From Azolla caroliniana (Eukaryota; Plantae; Polypodiophyta): 64,000 bases of DNA. Below the pieces are notes generated by a model, which saw only the letters and a program-made list of their open reading frames with translations, did no database searches and was not told the origin of the DNA. The stretch is from positions 12,090,001-12,154,000 of the forward strand of contig JBHGNT010000010.1 of the NCBI GenBank assembly GCA_043228905.1, read 5' to 3'. Positions 10,999 to 25,100 of the stretch are shown piece after piece (position 1 is the stretch's first letter; each line of letters begins with the position of its first letter). Made by a program: the position numbers and the translations under genes.

Positions 10999-12858
10999 AT
11001 GGGTAAACAAAAGAGTTTTTTATGGGATCATATTATTGTGGTGAAAAGAAATGACAAAGGAATGCATGTAAATGAATGCAAACATTGCAAGCATGTATTT
11101 GTTGGTGGTCCACACAGAATTAAAGCACATCTATTGGCGTTTAAAGGACAAGGACTTGATCAATGCCGCAATGTGGCTGGACCAATAAAAGATGAAATAA
11201 GAAAATTGATATCGGATGTTGATGCCCATGAAATTCCTTATGCTAATGAAAATTGTATTATGGAAAATGAGAATAATGTGGATGTAAGTACTTCTAATGC
11301 AAATGTTACGCTATCTACTTGTACATCTATAAATGAAAGGTCGTCTTCATCATGTAAAAAGAGGGTAATTGAGAATAGTGGTGGATCCCTACAAATGTCT
11401 TGGCAAAAAAATTTGAATAAAATTATAGATTAATCAGTGAGAATGTTCGTTTTTGTAGAGGATATTCCACATCTAAAGGTTGATAGCTCATTTTTTCATG
11501 ACAAGCTTCAAGAAACTGCAAAGGTTGGTCCTTCATATAAGCCACCAAGTTCTTTCCAATTTAGAAAGAGACATCTAGACGAAGAAGTGAAATATGTTGA
11601 AGATAAACTTTCATGCATTAAAGATAAATAGAAGTATGGATGCACTATAGTCAGTGACGGTTGGTGAAATACTAGAAATAGGCCAACAATTAATGTTCTG
11701 GCTTCATCAATGTTTGGTTCAGTGTTTTTAAGATTTAGAGTATATATTTAATATTCTAAAATCTATCATTCTTGAAATTGGCCCAACAAGTGTTGTGCAA
11801 GTATATATAGATAATGCATCAAATTGTGGGGTAGTAGGACATATGATAGAGAAAGAGTGGCCCATGAATTTTTTTACTAAATGCACATGTCATTGTCTTG
11901 ATTTGTTGTTTGAGGATATTGGAAAATGTGCTTGCGTTAATGATGCTTTGAGATTAGCTTTGAAGTTTGCTGTGTTTATCACAAGAAAGCTATATGTGCT
12001 TGTAATGTTTCGCAAGTTTAATAAAAAGGAATTGTTGAAGCCTTCTACTACTAGGTTTGCTTATAGTTTCATTGTGCTATCAAATTTATTGGATGATAGA
12101 GTGTATAGTGGCTTAAGATGGATAGTAGTTAGTGAAGAATGGTGTCAATGGAACAAATGATAAAATAAATAAATAAAATGCAAGGAATTTAGAACATGTT
12201 GCTTGATGAAATTAGAGGATTATGCATAGATAGATGCACATGTTACATTCACCACTACATGCAATTGGATATCTCTTACATCCAATTTGGTGGGAAAATG
12301 CTCAAGTTTTTGATAATGTGGTGAATGCTAGTTGGATAGACACCATTATGCGATATGCAAATGGTGACGTTAAGATGCAAGGTATTTTACTAGATGAGTA
12401 TCATACTTATAAAACAAGAGAAGGGTATTTTACAAATTCCACTGTCAAATGATCCTACTACAATGAAAGATGTTGTTAAGTGTTGGGAATTATTTGGAGG
12501 AGAAACCCCAAATTTAAGTAAACTTGCGATTCGAGTGCTTTCTCAAGGTACATGTGCATCTCCATGTGAGAGAAATTGGAGTACCTTTTCATCGATACAC
12601 ACTAAGAGGAGAAATAGGTTGAGTCATGATCACATAGAAAAGCTAGTATACTTGCATACAAACCATCGTCTATTAAAGAAAATCAAAGAAAGAGATTCAA
12701 CTCGCATGGAAGTGACTTTGGATATGATTAATGAAGACGATGATGATGATAGGCTTTTGCTATTGCAAAGGCAACATGCAACTATTGTTAATGAGGATTT
12801 TGAAGATCATGATGATGATGGGCAATATGTTGACATTGACAATGCAACTCAAGAATAG
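10999..12858 (+). pseudogene. hAT transposase pseudogene (BED zinc finger, DUF659-like core, dimerisation domain)
   Basis: LWDH..ECKHCKH..GGPHRIKAHL; IVSDGW; DNASN; CTCHCLDLLFEDIGK; TRFA; WELFGGETPNLSKLAIRVLSQGTCASPCERNWSTFSSIHTKRRNRL; multiple stops and frameshifts. Confidence 0.92.
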
Positions 12859-13574
12859 GGAGAGGAGATTAAATTTTAGTACTATGAATTTAGAGCGACT
12901 TTCTAGGTTACTGTTCATGTTTGAACTTTAGATGATTTTTAGTTCATGTTTATAACTTTAGATGCTACTTTCTTAGTTTTCAATGAATTTATGGTCTTGA
13001 CTTTTGTCTATAATTTTTTTTTCATATTTAAAAAAAATAGAATAATAAATAAATATAAATATAGACGAATGGATTTCACTGATACTTGGAGCCCTTTCAC
13101 GTATGAGTATGACACGAATGGGAAGTATGGCACGAACTATACACCACCCTAGAAGCCTCCCTCAAATGGTATGCTCTCCATACACATACAACTTTCTTTC
13201 ATGTTTCCATGCTAGAATTCTCTTTTCTTGTTGTGAAAGTAGTGTATATATGACAAAGGAAACTCCTCATAAGAAAAGGTGCCGACAAAGCTTCGTTGTG
13301 AAATTTGGTAAATTAAATTTCCCTTTAGCTACTATACTTGTGATAGTTAATGTAGACCATCTAATAAGAACAAAACTCTCAAACTCTAATTGTATCATAG
13401 ACCCCAACAACTATATGTAATGGGGATGATAAATGTCTAAACACTGGGACATTTGAAACAAGTAATATGTCGCATTCCTTTATTGATAAATACGTGAGAT
13501 GTCAAGAATTATCAAATTTGAACAAACTTTCAAGAATCTATCATGCATGCACACGATTTTTAAAAACTACAAGG

Positions 13575-15540
13575 AAAAAACGCTCGGCCACAACCGAGGC
13601 TTAAACACTCAATGGAAGAACAAAGAAATTGAAATGGAGATTAATACGCTTACATAGACGATAGAGAGGACACGAGATGTTTACATGGAAAACCTGTTAA
13701 GAATTAGGTAAGTAATTAAGCAAGGGTTAATTAGTACCTAATTATGTGATTAGTTGATAAGCGGAAGATTATGTGATATGTGTGTGTATGGGTATGAGAG
13801 GAAGAGAGAGAGAGAGAGATACACTTATGCACAACACAAGATGGGGGATGAGTAACTATGTTAAATTAGCATTATCATCATCAAAATACAAAAATACCCA
13901 CAATGAGGTATATATACATCTCATGTGCAAAGGTGCACATGTGTAAGTAGAATATAGGTACTAATGTGTAAGTCCTATATTAAATGTACTTGGGAGTGGA
14001 GGATCTACAATATCCCACTTAAGTACAAGGTCCTATTTAAGGTGTTATAGTCAACACTTCTAACTAGATTCTATCTAGGTAACTACGAAGTTACATGGTT
14101 GACTAACTAACTAAACTAAGTTGAGCTTGATCTCTCAAAAAAACCCTAATAGGGAAAAACCACGGGAGCCCACAGACTCCAACTATCTCTATGAGAAGAG
14201 GATACGATGCGAGACTCACAGGCAACGACCTCGAGCTCTATGTCTTCACCAACCGACGGTTACAACAGTAAAGCTTTCTATCTCTCTCTCTCTCATGTTC
14301 TCACTTGTCTCTATACAACAACACTAATAAGTGATTGCCCTAAGTCATATTTATACTTATATGACTTTAGGACTATTTACATATATGGCAATGACATGCA
14401 CTCTAGAAACATATTTACAAATATGTCCCTCGATCCGGTTCACACCAGATCCATCCGAATACCTTTCGGATCTGTATGATCCGGTTCCTTCGGTTCTCAT
14501 CCGGATCCCATCCGGAGGGACTGAATTCCCAACAAGCTTCCCCTTCACTCTAGCATGGGATGTCTTGTCAATCCGATCCGTCTCCTGCACACATCTAGCT
14601 TATCAGTTGATAGCACCTTGGTTAGCATGTCGGACCCGTTCTCCTCCGTATGGATCTTCGTCAGTAAGAACTCCTTATCTTCTGCCTTCTCCCAGAGCCA
14701 ATGATATCTCCTCTAGATGTGCTTGGTCCGTGAATGGTAGGTCACGTTCTTTGCGAGGTGGATGACACTCTGATTGTCGCAGTAGAGCCGGATTCCTCCT
14801 GTCGGATCCCTAACTCTCCGATGAAGTCCTTCATCCATATTACCTCTTTACCAGTTTCCACGACCGCCATGTACTCCGCGTGACTGTTGTTGATAGTGCA
14901 ACGGACTTTGGGAGCCTCGACTGCCACGATAGGGCTCCCCCTGCAAAAGTCATGACATATCCGTATGTAGATTTGTTGGTATCCGCATCAGCCAACATAT
15001 CTGAATCCGTGAATTCGTCAAGTTGGGGTTTTCCTCGGAGTCACATACTCGAGGTGCCTTTCAAGTACCGGAGTATCCACTTGACCATTGTCCAGTGTTC
15101 TTTTCCTAGATTGCTCATGAACCGGCCGACCACTCCGATTGCATATCCGATATCCAGCCGGGTACACACCATTGCGTACATCAAGCTTTCGATGGTGGAG
15201 GCATATGGTACGTTTATAATCTCTTACTTCTCCGTCTTTTTCTTCAGACTTTGTTTTTCAGACAACTTGCAATTTACCGGAAGTGTCGATCTGACCGGCT
15301 TCGCATCCATCATGCTGAACCATTGGAGCACCTTCTTCATGTACTTCTCTTGTGATAACCACAATAACTTCTTCGTCCGGTCTCAGACTATGTGCATCCT
15401 CAATATATGTCTCGCAGGACCCAAATCTTTCATTGAGAAGATTCCCGGTTTTTTTTTTTCCAAAAACAGATTCCCGATTTTGGTTCGGTCCGATCCGACG
15501 ATCAACATGTCATCGTGTTTGCCGCTTATCCCAATATGAT
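13575..15540 (-). mobile_element. Ty1/copia 3' fragment (RT end, RNase H, PPT, 3' LTR starting at 14534)
   Basis: Minus-strand AEYMAVVETGKEVIWMKDFIGELG; purine tract next to TGTTGGGAATTC at 14534; LTR family shared with 37102-37673 and 44287-44955. Left boundary approximate. Confidence 0.8.
13695..14140 (-). mobile_element. Solo LTR inserted into another LTR
   Basis: TGTTAAG...CTCAAAA flanked by 5-bp TSD AAACC (13690-13694, 14141-14145); terminus resembles the LTR at 42843. Confidence 0.75.
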
Positions 15541-17310
15541 TTAGGCAGGTTATTTTCATTCATCATCACCCTTGCTACCTCTAATATGTGTTGATTCTTA
15601 CGTTCGGCTACTTCATTTTGTTGAGGTGTGTTTCGGTAGGTAAATTCTCGTCAAATTCCTTCCTTTCGAAGATAGGCTGTAAATTCGTCTGAGAAGTACT
15701 CCTTTCCTCCATTTTGACCAAAGGCATCGAACATGCCGCCCAATTGCCTTTTCGTTTTCATTTAAAAATTTCTTGAAGTGTGAGAACACTTCACTCTTTT
15801 GCCGCATAGAATAAATCTAGATGTGCCTGGAGAAGTCGTCAATGAATGTGACGTAGTATCGACATCCACTGAATGTGGTCGTTTGAGTCAGTCCCCATAC
15901 ATCTGAATGTAGTACATCCAAGATCCCTTTGCTTACATTCCTCTCTTTTGGGAACGGTTATCGATGTTGCTTGCCGAATTGGCAAGCTTCGCACACTCCA
16001 ACAATCTCCTTCAAAATCTCTATAAAAGTCGGGATTCTGATGACGACTCCTTTTGACTGCATGCCCTTGAGATTTTGGAGATTGATGTGGCCGATTCTTT
16101 TGTGCCACACTTCCAAGTCAGTGTCGACTTTGAGGCCTTTCGCGAACATAGTTGTCTTCACCTCGTTCGAATCGAGGATGACGATTCGACCTTCTCTTTG
16201 ACTTCGAGCAACAAGTCAACCATCTTTTTGAATAAAGCACCCTACGTGATTGAACCGTACTTGCATGCCTTGTTCTACCATCTAGCTGACAGAGACCAAA
16301 TTTTTCATGATGGACGGGACATGCAAGACGTTCTTGATGTAGGTTCACTTGTCATCGTTCTCAAACGAGACATTTCCAACATGTTGAATGGGGTGAATTG
16401 TTCATCCCCAATTTCAACATAGTCGAGTCGATCGGGCTTTCGCAACTCTTGGAACCAATCTTCGTGAGATGTCATGTGATTGGATGCTCCAAAGTCAATA
16501 AACCATACATTGTCTAAGGTAGAGGTGCTAGTCGAACTTGATGCCAACATTGAGTGTGCTTTATGCCTCGTTACGAACATTCCCATAGTCGGAATTCATG
16601 GCATAGTTCGTGAGTTGTCAGTTGGTTGAAACCGATTCTCGTTTTTTCTTTCGACACTCTTCTTCATAGTAGACGAATTTTCCACATACCCAACTTCGAT
16701 TGGGTTGTTTTGGGAACTTGATCTGGCACGATGGCTCCCCCTTCTGTCAAACTCCCTTGATGTGTTCCTGGCCTCTTGCCAATGGTGGGAGTTGTGTACT
16801 TAGGTTGACTGATGATGTCGACCTCATCCAAATCGGCCTCTGTTTCCTCGGTCGAATCCTCTTCACTCGTCTGATTGGGAGTAGAGCATCTAACCATTTA
16901 GCACATTGCACTTTGATCGGACGTGATTTTCTTCAACCAACAGTATCGACTTAAGGTTGAAAAAGGAGGGAGGATTCTTTCTTGCAAGGATGGTTGACCT
17001 AATCATGCCGAATCGTGATGCTAAACCACTGAGACAAATCTGAACCATTTCGTCGTCATCGATATTGACGTTGAAAGATCCAAGGGCGTCGCGCAACTCC
17101 TTGATATTCAAGGTGTAGTTGGTGACCAACATATCCCTTTGTTGAATATTGTTCAACTCCTGTCGGAGTTGAAGCTTGCATGCAGTCGTGTTGGCTGCAA
17201 GGATCTTATTGAGGTTGCCCCAGGCTTCTTTCAACGTTTTTCCCTCTTGAATGTAGCCAAGCATGTTATCATGAACGCACAATGCTAGGCAATACAACAC
17301 GTGACTCACC
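15541..17310 (-). mobile_element. Ty1/copia gag-protease-integrase fragment (same family as 42843-50034)
   Basis: LQLRQELNNIQQRDM; WFIDFGASNHMT; WHKRIGHIN; CEACQFGKQHR; joined abruptly at about 15541 to RT of a different copia family. Confidence 0.85.
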
Positions 17311-17311
17311 G

Positions 17312-17329
17312 TTGTGTGTGTGTGTGTGA

Positions 17330-17376
<47 letters not shown>

Positions 17377-17743
17377 GGAATTAGATTTTTTATCGTCCAT
17401 AAAGAGGCCAATTCTGACCTATGGGACCAGAGTATACATGTGTTCTTGATATGTGTCTCCTTCCTAAGAAGGGGTATTCATACATTGAAGCACAAAGTCT
17501 CCATGTGTGAATAAAGCATACACATATGAGCTCAACCTTCTCGGTGGAGAGAGATCAAGAAGCTATATTAGCGAAAGATAGAAATAAACCCAACAGTAAC
17601 TTGGTTACAAAAGAGTTGGTTTAAATACCAACCCACTTAGGGCAACTACCCTTTCTACTATTCACAAAACTAGCCTAGACCTAGTATGTCCATTGCTAGT
17701 GTGAAAGCCACTACATTAGGGAAGTTGGATTTGGCGCTCAACA
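17312..17743 (-). mobile_element. LTR remnant
   Basis: Ends CTCAACA at 17743; shares blocks (GGTTTAAATACCAAC, ACAAAACTAGC, GCTAGTGTGAAA) with LTR 37731-37961; no TSD found. Confidence 0.6.
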
Positions 17744-18960
17744 ATCTTCATAGTTGCAATTGTTGCAAAACTTTCATCAAGACATGTGTTGAAGAACATG
17801 ACCATAAGAGAAGGGATGAAGATCTTCATAGTTGCAATTGTCGCAAAACTTGCCGTGAACATGAGAGGAGAGATCAAGGTCTTCATGGTTGTAGTCATGA
17901 AGAAATGCGTGATGATAACCGTGACCATGAGAGGAGGGATGGGGATATTCATGGTTGTGGTCATGAGGAAACGTGTGATGAGCATTGTTGTGACCCCGAG
18001 AGGAAAGATGGAGATCATCATGATTGTGGTCATGAAGAAATGAGTGATAAATATCTTTGTGATCATAAGAGGAGAGATCGGGATGGAGATTTTCATGGTT
18101 ATCATTATGCTGACGAATATGATAGAAAGTGTAATGATATGAGTGAGGGTTGTGATGATAAAAAAATGGGGTATTTTTGATGGATTTGGTTATGATAAGG
18201 TTAAGGGTAACGATGAGAATGAAAGCAAGCTTCAAGAGGATGACCATAAAGGATTGTGTGTTTAAGGTTGTGTTAGCTTTCTTGATGACAGATTTTATAA
18301 AGATAAGGGTTTCAAAAATGTATAAGGTGACAATCATGAGGGCTTTCATTACGAAAATTGATTAAGGGTTTGTGATGGGGAGGACATTGTACAAAAATTA
18401 TGTTGATGATGATGTGAGTTTGTATAATAATCACAAGGGTATAAGTGAGGATAATCAAAAAGATGTTAAAATGATATGGGATGAGTATAATGATAATATG
18501 GGTGAGTATGTTGATGTTGCGTGTGCGGGAAGGATGAGATTAAGATTGTTGATATTATGATAATGGGAATGGGAATCATTGTCATTTGATAATAAATTAT
18601 GGTAATAATGATGCAATTAAAAGTGTTATTATTTGGGAAGTGTATAAGATGTGTACTATAATGATAGTGTGGAAATGATAGTGTGGATGCGATCGATGTT
18701 GATGTTATTGAAGAAGATGATCCCATGGATAACTGGATGTCTATTTATTATAATGGTAATTTAGAAAAAAAGGAAAAACGTTATTACCCATGGGATGGAA
18801 GGAAAAGATGCATCAATATGGTTGGATGTTCAATTGAATTGAAGGAGGCTATATTGCAAACAATTCCATTCTGATGTCCAAGAAACAAATTCCATATTCA
18901 AAGAAACACTCAATTTTAGGCGCATGCCAAAGGACGCGCTAGTTTGGTGGGGGTGAATGT
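17744..18960 (+). repeat. Degenerate roughly 60-bp tandem array and GAT-rich low-complexity tract, probably retroelement-internal
   Basis: Units like ATCTTCATGGTTGT..CATGA..GTGACCATGAGAGGAGGGATGG; ends in a G-rich PPT-like stretch before TGT at about 18958. Confidence 0.5.
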
Positions 18961-19148
18961 GTTGCCAAATGCACACAATAGGAAACCACCACCACAAGAA
19001 GTAATTTATCGATTTTAAAATGATATTTCAAATAAACACAAAGAGGAAGTTTCGAAATCAATACCCTTCTTCCTTAAAGGGACGTAAATATCACTAGGAT
19101 AAATATTGCATACATATGTGCATACATAATACCATAAATTCATATTCA

Positions 19149-22100
19149 TTAAGATGACTTCACAAGCTTTGGTTTTGCCACATGCTTGGGCAAAGGGATC
19201 CATACAGACGTTGTTTGTCTATACTTCTCATAAGCTTCAGACCTAGATGCATTGACAACCATCCTCTCCTCCACTAATATAGTCACTTGAGCCATGATAA
19301 CAGAGTTTATGATGGTGCCAATTGTTACCCAACTCTGACCTACAATCCATGAATAGCCAGCAAGACTCCACCACCATAATTGTTCACCAAAGTAGTTTGG
19401 ATGCCTTGAATAGTACCAAAGGCCATTATCAAGTACTGGTATTGGAGGAGCCCCAAGCTGCTTTAAGATTCTATTTTTCTCAACAAAATTGTATAACTGT
19501 GTATCAGACACATAACCTATTGCAATCCCCAAGATACAAAGGCAGGATACCAAAAAGTCTAAGATGCCCCACTCAATTGAGCTGTTGTGGACAGCATATA
19601 TTGGAAGGCAAATTCCCACTAGAAAGCACTGCATGAGAAAGTAGTATTAGAATCTGTGCTCATTTTATCATAACCAAATTTGTGGTAAGATATTAGAATC
19701 TCTCTCTCTCCGTCTCTCTCTCTCTACTACTCGGCATGACAAGATCAATTCTTTTTTATTTCTTTTGGATTCGAATGATGCTCTGCAGACAGTAATCTCC
19801 ATGTCCTTTGGCAAGATGGATTGATGTATCTAGCTAAAATTACTGTATATTCCAAATGGATGTGTAAGGCTGCCTTTTTTGAATGGCGGCCTAATGGAAG
19901 AAGTCTATGTAGAGCAGTCCCCTGGTTTTGAGATTTCGGTCAGGAAGATATGGTTTATAGGCTGAAGAAAAAAGCCTTGTATGGCTTCTTGAAAAAGCTC
20001 CCAACACTTGGTATGACAAGATCAATTCTTTCTTTATTTCTTTTGGATTTGAATTATGCTCTGCAGACAGCAATCTCTATGTCCTTTCTCAAGATGGATT
20101 GATGTGTGTCGTTATTCTATATGTAGATGACTTACTAATTACGAGTTCTTTTGAAGCCAAGAGAGAGCTGCTTCGCAATGAGTTAAAAGCAACATTTTAA
20201 ATGGCAGATTTAGGACTTCTAAATTACTTCTTGGGCATGGAAATCTATCAATCACATCAAGCCATATTTCTCAGCCACTGTAGGTATCTTCAACTTCTTC
20301 AAAACAATGGCAGGTCTGATTGGATCCACAAACCAAGCTTTCTCGTGAAGAACATTCACCCATCTTTGAGGATAGTACAAATTACTGGAGGCTGATTGGG
20401 TCTCTCGTTCATCTTATCTATACAAGACCTGATTTGTCCTACAATGCCAGTATTCTCAGCCAGTTTTCAAATGCTCTATGCCAAGTTCACCAGCAAGCAA
20501 CCATTCATGTTCTCCGGTACTTAGCAGGCATCAATGAGCTACAGCCTTTCGTTTAGAGGCATTGAGCTAATTGGTTACTCCAATGCTGATTGGGCAGGAG
20601 ATGCAGACACAAGATGGTCTACTTCTTGCTATTGCTTTCTGCTTGGCTCAAGTTTGATTTCTTGGAAATCCAAGAGACAAAGTTCAATTTCTACTTCCAG
20701 CTACAGAAGCTGAATATCATGCATATTTGGATACATGTTGTGAACTTTTATGGTTAAGACAAATCCTTGACCATATTAGAATTCCACAGGCTACTCACTC
20801 TTATTCGAGTTCTCACCGATAGCCAAAGTGCTCGTGCATCAGCACACAATTCCTCCTTCCATGATAGGACTAAACACATTGAAGTTCGCTGCCATTTTGT
20901 TCATGAGCTTGTCACTAATCAGATCATCAGATTGAACTATTGTTCCACTAGAGAAAATGTGGCTGACTAATTTACCAAGCCTCTTTGTAAGGACACTATT
21001 CATCAACTCCTTACTTATCTCAATGTAGGAGCACCATTCTGGATCTGAGAGGAGGTGTTGGAGGGTGACAGCCCCTGAACTGAACTTTCCCTTCTACAAT
21101 CTTTCTCTCTAGGTTTACATAAATCCAGCATTTATTCTCACTCTTAGAACCTACCACTACTTCATTACAGCATTTAATGCATTGTTCTTTTCTCTCCACT
21201 CTTGCAGTGCATTAACTCATTATATACCTAGGAGTACTTTATGTCCTTCTGTAAATGCATGGGTAACAAAACCCACTCTCATTTTTTGTATTTGAAGGCT
21301 TTGAGCCTCACGAAGAAATATAGTTCTTGTTTTAGCTTATAGTTAAGCTGCTGCAAGCCTCGTTGGCATCTTACAACTATTCAGAACAGTTTTCTAACAG
21401 ATTCTTATAAATAAGTTCACACCTCTTGTACTTCCGGAGGGTTTGTTACACTATGCAAGCTTTGGTGCGAATACATGTTTCAGGGCCACTTCTCACTTTA
21501 GAACTGGCTAGACATATACTATGTACACCTCTCACTTAATATGCATATTGTGCAACCTTTGGTCTGAGCGCATGTTTCATGAGCACTTTTTACTCTAGAA
21601 CTGAATAGAAATTTTTTCCTCACATGAACAAGTTAGTTAACAGTTGGAATTTTTTAGTAAAAAACCGTCAACTATACAATCACTAGATTTTTTAATAGCT
21701 AAGCAGTTTTTGAACCATTCTACAGACCACAAGAATTTTTATATACTCTTGAACTGTTCTATCTTTTGCCTTCCCAAAACTCGTTTTCTTAATCTGTTGT
21801 GTATTTTGCTTTATCCAACTATGTATGAGTTAGTCTAAGATACAAGCATTCTCAGCACTACATAGCTTTGAATATGAATGAGGCTCTCCATGTATCAGGG
21901 TAATAATAGACTTCATGAGATCAGGACATGCCAATTCTCCTTCAACCATAGGTCCCATCTCCTTTAGAAGGACGCTTAACTTTGTTGCCAAATCTGGAGT
22001 AATAAAATTTGCATGAGCTCCAGTTTCAATATAGTTGTATGATCTTAGACAAGCTCCAAGGTTTTCACAGCTCAGTGGCTTCACTGAATAATTGCTCGCC

Positions 22101-25100
22101 AACCACATCAAGCACTAGTCAGAAATTAGTATTTGGGTTTGGCTTCTCAAGTAGCTTATGGACAGGACAATAAGGCTAATTAAACTTCTTATTCTATTTT
22201 CCTAGACTTTGATAATTCCGGCATCCAAGTTGTGCCCCATCATCATGGCATCAACTTAAAAAGTGTTTGTGAACCATGCAACGAGAAAACTCATTTGAGT
22301 TGGACCCAAAAAGAAGGTGCTTGACCTTCCATCCATAGAACCCTTCAAGAAGCTGATTACCGAGCACACTTTGAAATTTTGGTGAATATCCCCCAGGTTT
22401 GCTGCATCAAATTGCTGTATAAAAGTTAATGCATTCAAAGTATCTTGCACACCACTAAACAGTTGCAAACTTTATCATTGTATTCTCATAATTTCTGCTT
22501 TTCCTACATGTGTCAATTGGTCAAAAATAGAAGCCTGTAAGACTGGCTCTCAACCATGTCATTTCTGAGCCATCATCATATTGATGATGAGAGAAAGAAA
22601 AAAGATAGAGAAGAGAAGAGGAAGAGAAAAGAATACTTCGATATACTATTAGGAAAACAATACAATCCTCTTAGACTCCAAAAGTAACAACCCCAAATAC
22701 ATACTTCAATATACTATTATCCAAAATAGTCTTTCCTTCTTCTCTCTTTCTTCAACTAATCTTCTTCTCACTTCCTCTAATCTTCTTATTCTTCCTCACT
22801 TCTTCTTGTCGATATTCTATTCCTCTCCCCCTTTTTTTTTCCTTGTAGATATTCTATTCCTCCCCCCTCTATTGCTAAGAATACCCTCATATTTATAGGT
22901 TTTTAGTTGCGTTATTCTTACTTTTTTCTTATATCCTCGAGTTTGCGTGATGCGTTTTTTATATCATTATTTCTGGTTTTTCATCTAAATTTATCATACA
23001 AGAAAGCTCTCTTTGTCAACTTTCTTATGAATCTTTTCTTTTGAAATTTGGACATGAGATGAAGAAGTTATGAGCATTTTTCTCTACCTTGCTTTCTCTG
23101 CCTTTGTATGCGTTTTTTCCTTTTTTCTATTTTCTTGCTTTTTCTACTTTTGGAAAACGCCTCTAACTTCATATCCCTTCAATCTCATTCGTCTTTTAAC
23201 TCTTGAACCTTTCATATTGTGCTTTATTCTTATACACTTTAGCATCTGATGTATCTGCCATGGTCTTTTCTTACGAGCAAAAATTGACTTCACACATGGT
23301 CTTCCATCCATATAAAAGCTTCCCACATATGGTCATGAAAACTCACTTGTTCCAACATGTTCTATAGGAGCTGCAATGTTTCTTAGAGGCTATTGAAAAC
23401 CTAGTTGCATGCCGATATTCTTGTACATAGGATTGACTACGTTAGTTCGATTAGAGATTTGTTCTCATGTGAACATGAAAATAAGAAAACAGATAAAAAA
23501 TGAAGAATGGATAGACAAAGAAGGGTATCGATCACCCCAACCACCCCTCGAGTGACGGGATTGAGACAAACTCGAGCCGTGGATGGTGTCCCATACCATT
23601 GCTATGGCTGGCTTTGAGCTGTACCTGGTACTAGCCCACACTGGCCACAAGAGTTTGTTCATCACAAGATCACAATCTCGACATAGTCTAATAATGGCCC
23701 CAATGAAGATGGCTAGGTCTCATATTTATCGTCAGACCCAAGGCCCCCAAGCAAGTTCACACTTGGCCACTAAGGGTTGTCTCAATCCCTAGGATTAAAA
23801 GCAGTTCTCACTCCTTTACATTCTCATATCAAGCTACGGTATGAGAAAGCTACGATGCAAACTACCATGAGATATGTTATAGTTATGCCATAACAATTTC
23901 AATGATCCAAATACACTTCCTGTCATATAGAATTGGAAACATGTAGGAATTCCATGTAAACCATCTCCAAAATAACTAGCATGTGCAGAGGGCAAAAGAA
24001 AAGTCGAAACACAATTTTCTCATTACTTCTTTGGCAATTCAACAAAAACTTTTGTCCATGCCAAGAAGGTTGAGTCACACTGGTTTGAGTGATAGGGTGC
24101 CAACCTCTTGTTTTTTTGGTTGGCCTCTTGTGTTCATGCCTCGAAGCCTCTACAATGAAAGACATCAAACCTCTCCATCTACAGCAACAAAAGTTTGAAC
24201 AAAAAACTGCAGCAAAGGCGATCTTTCCCTATCTTCACATTTTCAAAAAGTAGATGACGAGCTGATTCTTTTGACTACTTGCACACCCAAATCGGATTTT
24301 TGGTTTTGGAGGTACAATCAAAACAAGTTTTGTAGCAGTCTCAAACCCTAACTGCACAACAACTACAGCAACCAGTTTTTACCACAACAAAATAAGTTTT
24401 CAGCAAAGCAGAGTAACTCTTATCTCTCATTTATTTCTTCAATATTATATTGCTTTAGTACATTTTGGTGAATATAACCAAGTACTACAATATCTCATCC
24501 ATATTTCTTGCTTTTGCAATGGCTGAGCAAGCTAATATTTTTGGTATGCTTAATGTTGAAGACAAGTTGGATGGTACTAACTATCCTATGTGGGCGTACA
24601 TGATGAGACATGTACCGGTAGCAAAGCAGCTATGGGACATTGTCATCAGATCTAATGAACGACCAACTTCAAGTTCTTCTCCAAACTCTCCCTTCCCTTC
24701 AGGAACAACTAACGCAAGCAATGCTTCAAGCTCCACTCAACAATCCACTTCTTCACAACTTAAGTGCGAGGGTAAGGACGCTCAAGCCCATGCTCTCATC
24801 GCATTATCGGTCAAATATCACATTGTTCCACATATCCGATCTTGCATGACCTCAAAAAGTGCTTAGGATGTGTTAAAGAACTTGTATGCTCAAAGGAATG
24901 AAGCAAGAGTTGATATGCTTAAGCAGCAACTTGAAGAAACAAGGATGCAAGAAGGTGAATCCATGGACACATTCTTAACAAAATTAAAGGACTTTAAGGA
25001 ATAATTACTCAACATTGATGAAGTGATTTCAAACAAGTAGCTAGTTTCTAAAGTTCTTGCCGCGCTTCCAAATTCATATCAAGGCTTCACCACAACAATA

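Larger units (their letters stand above)
9808..13141 (+). mobile_element. hAT-superfamily DNA transposon with defined ends, non-functional
   Basis: Imperfect TIRs CCTAGTTCGT (9808) and ACGAACTATA (13132-13141); 8-bp TSD CACAACCC (9800-9807) / CACCACCC (13142-13149); encloses transposase remnants. Confidence 0.8.

Noticed and set aside
22582-23250. Possible solo LTR (purine/pyrimidine-skewed tract with TATA-like motif)
   Set aside because: No matching termini, TSD or second copy in the window.
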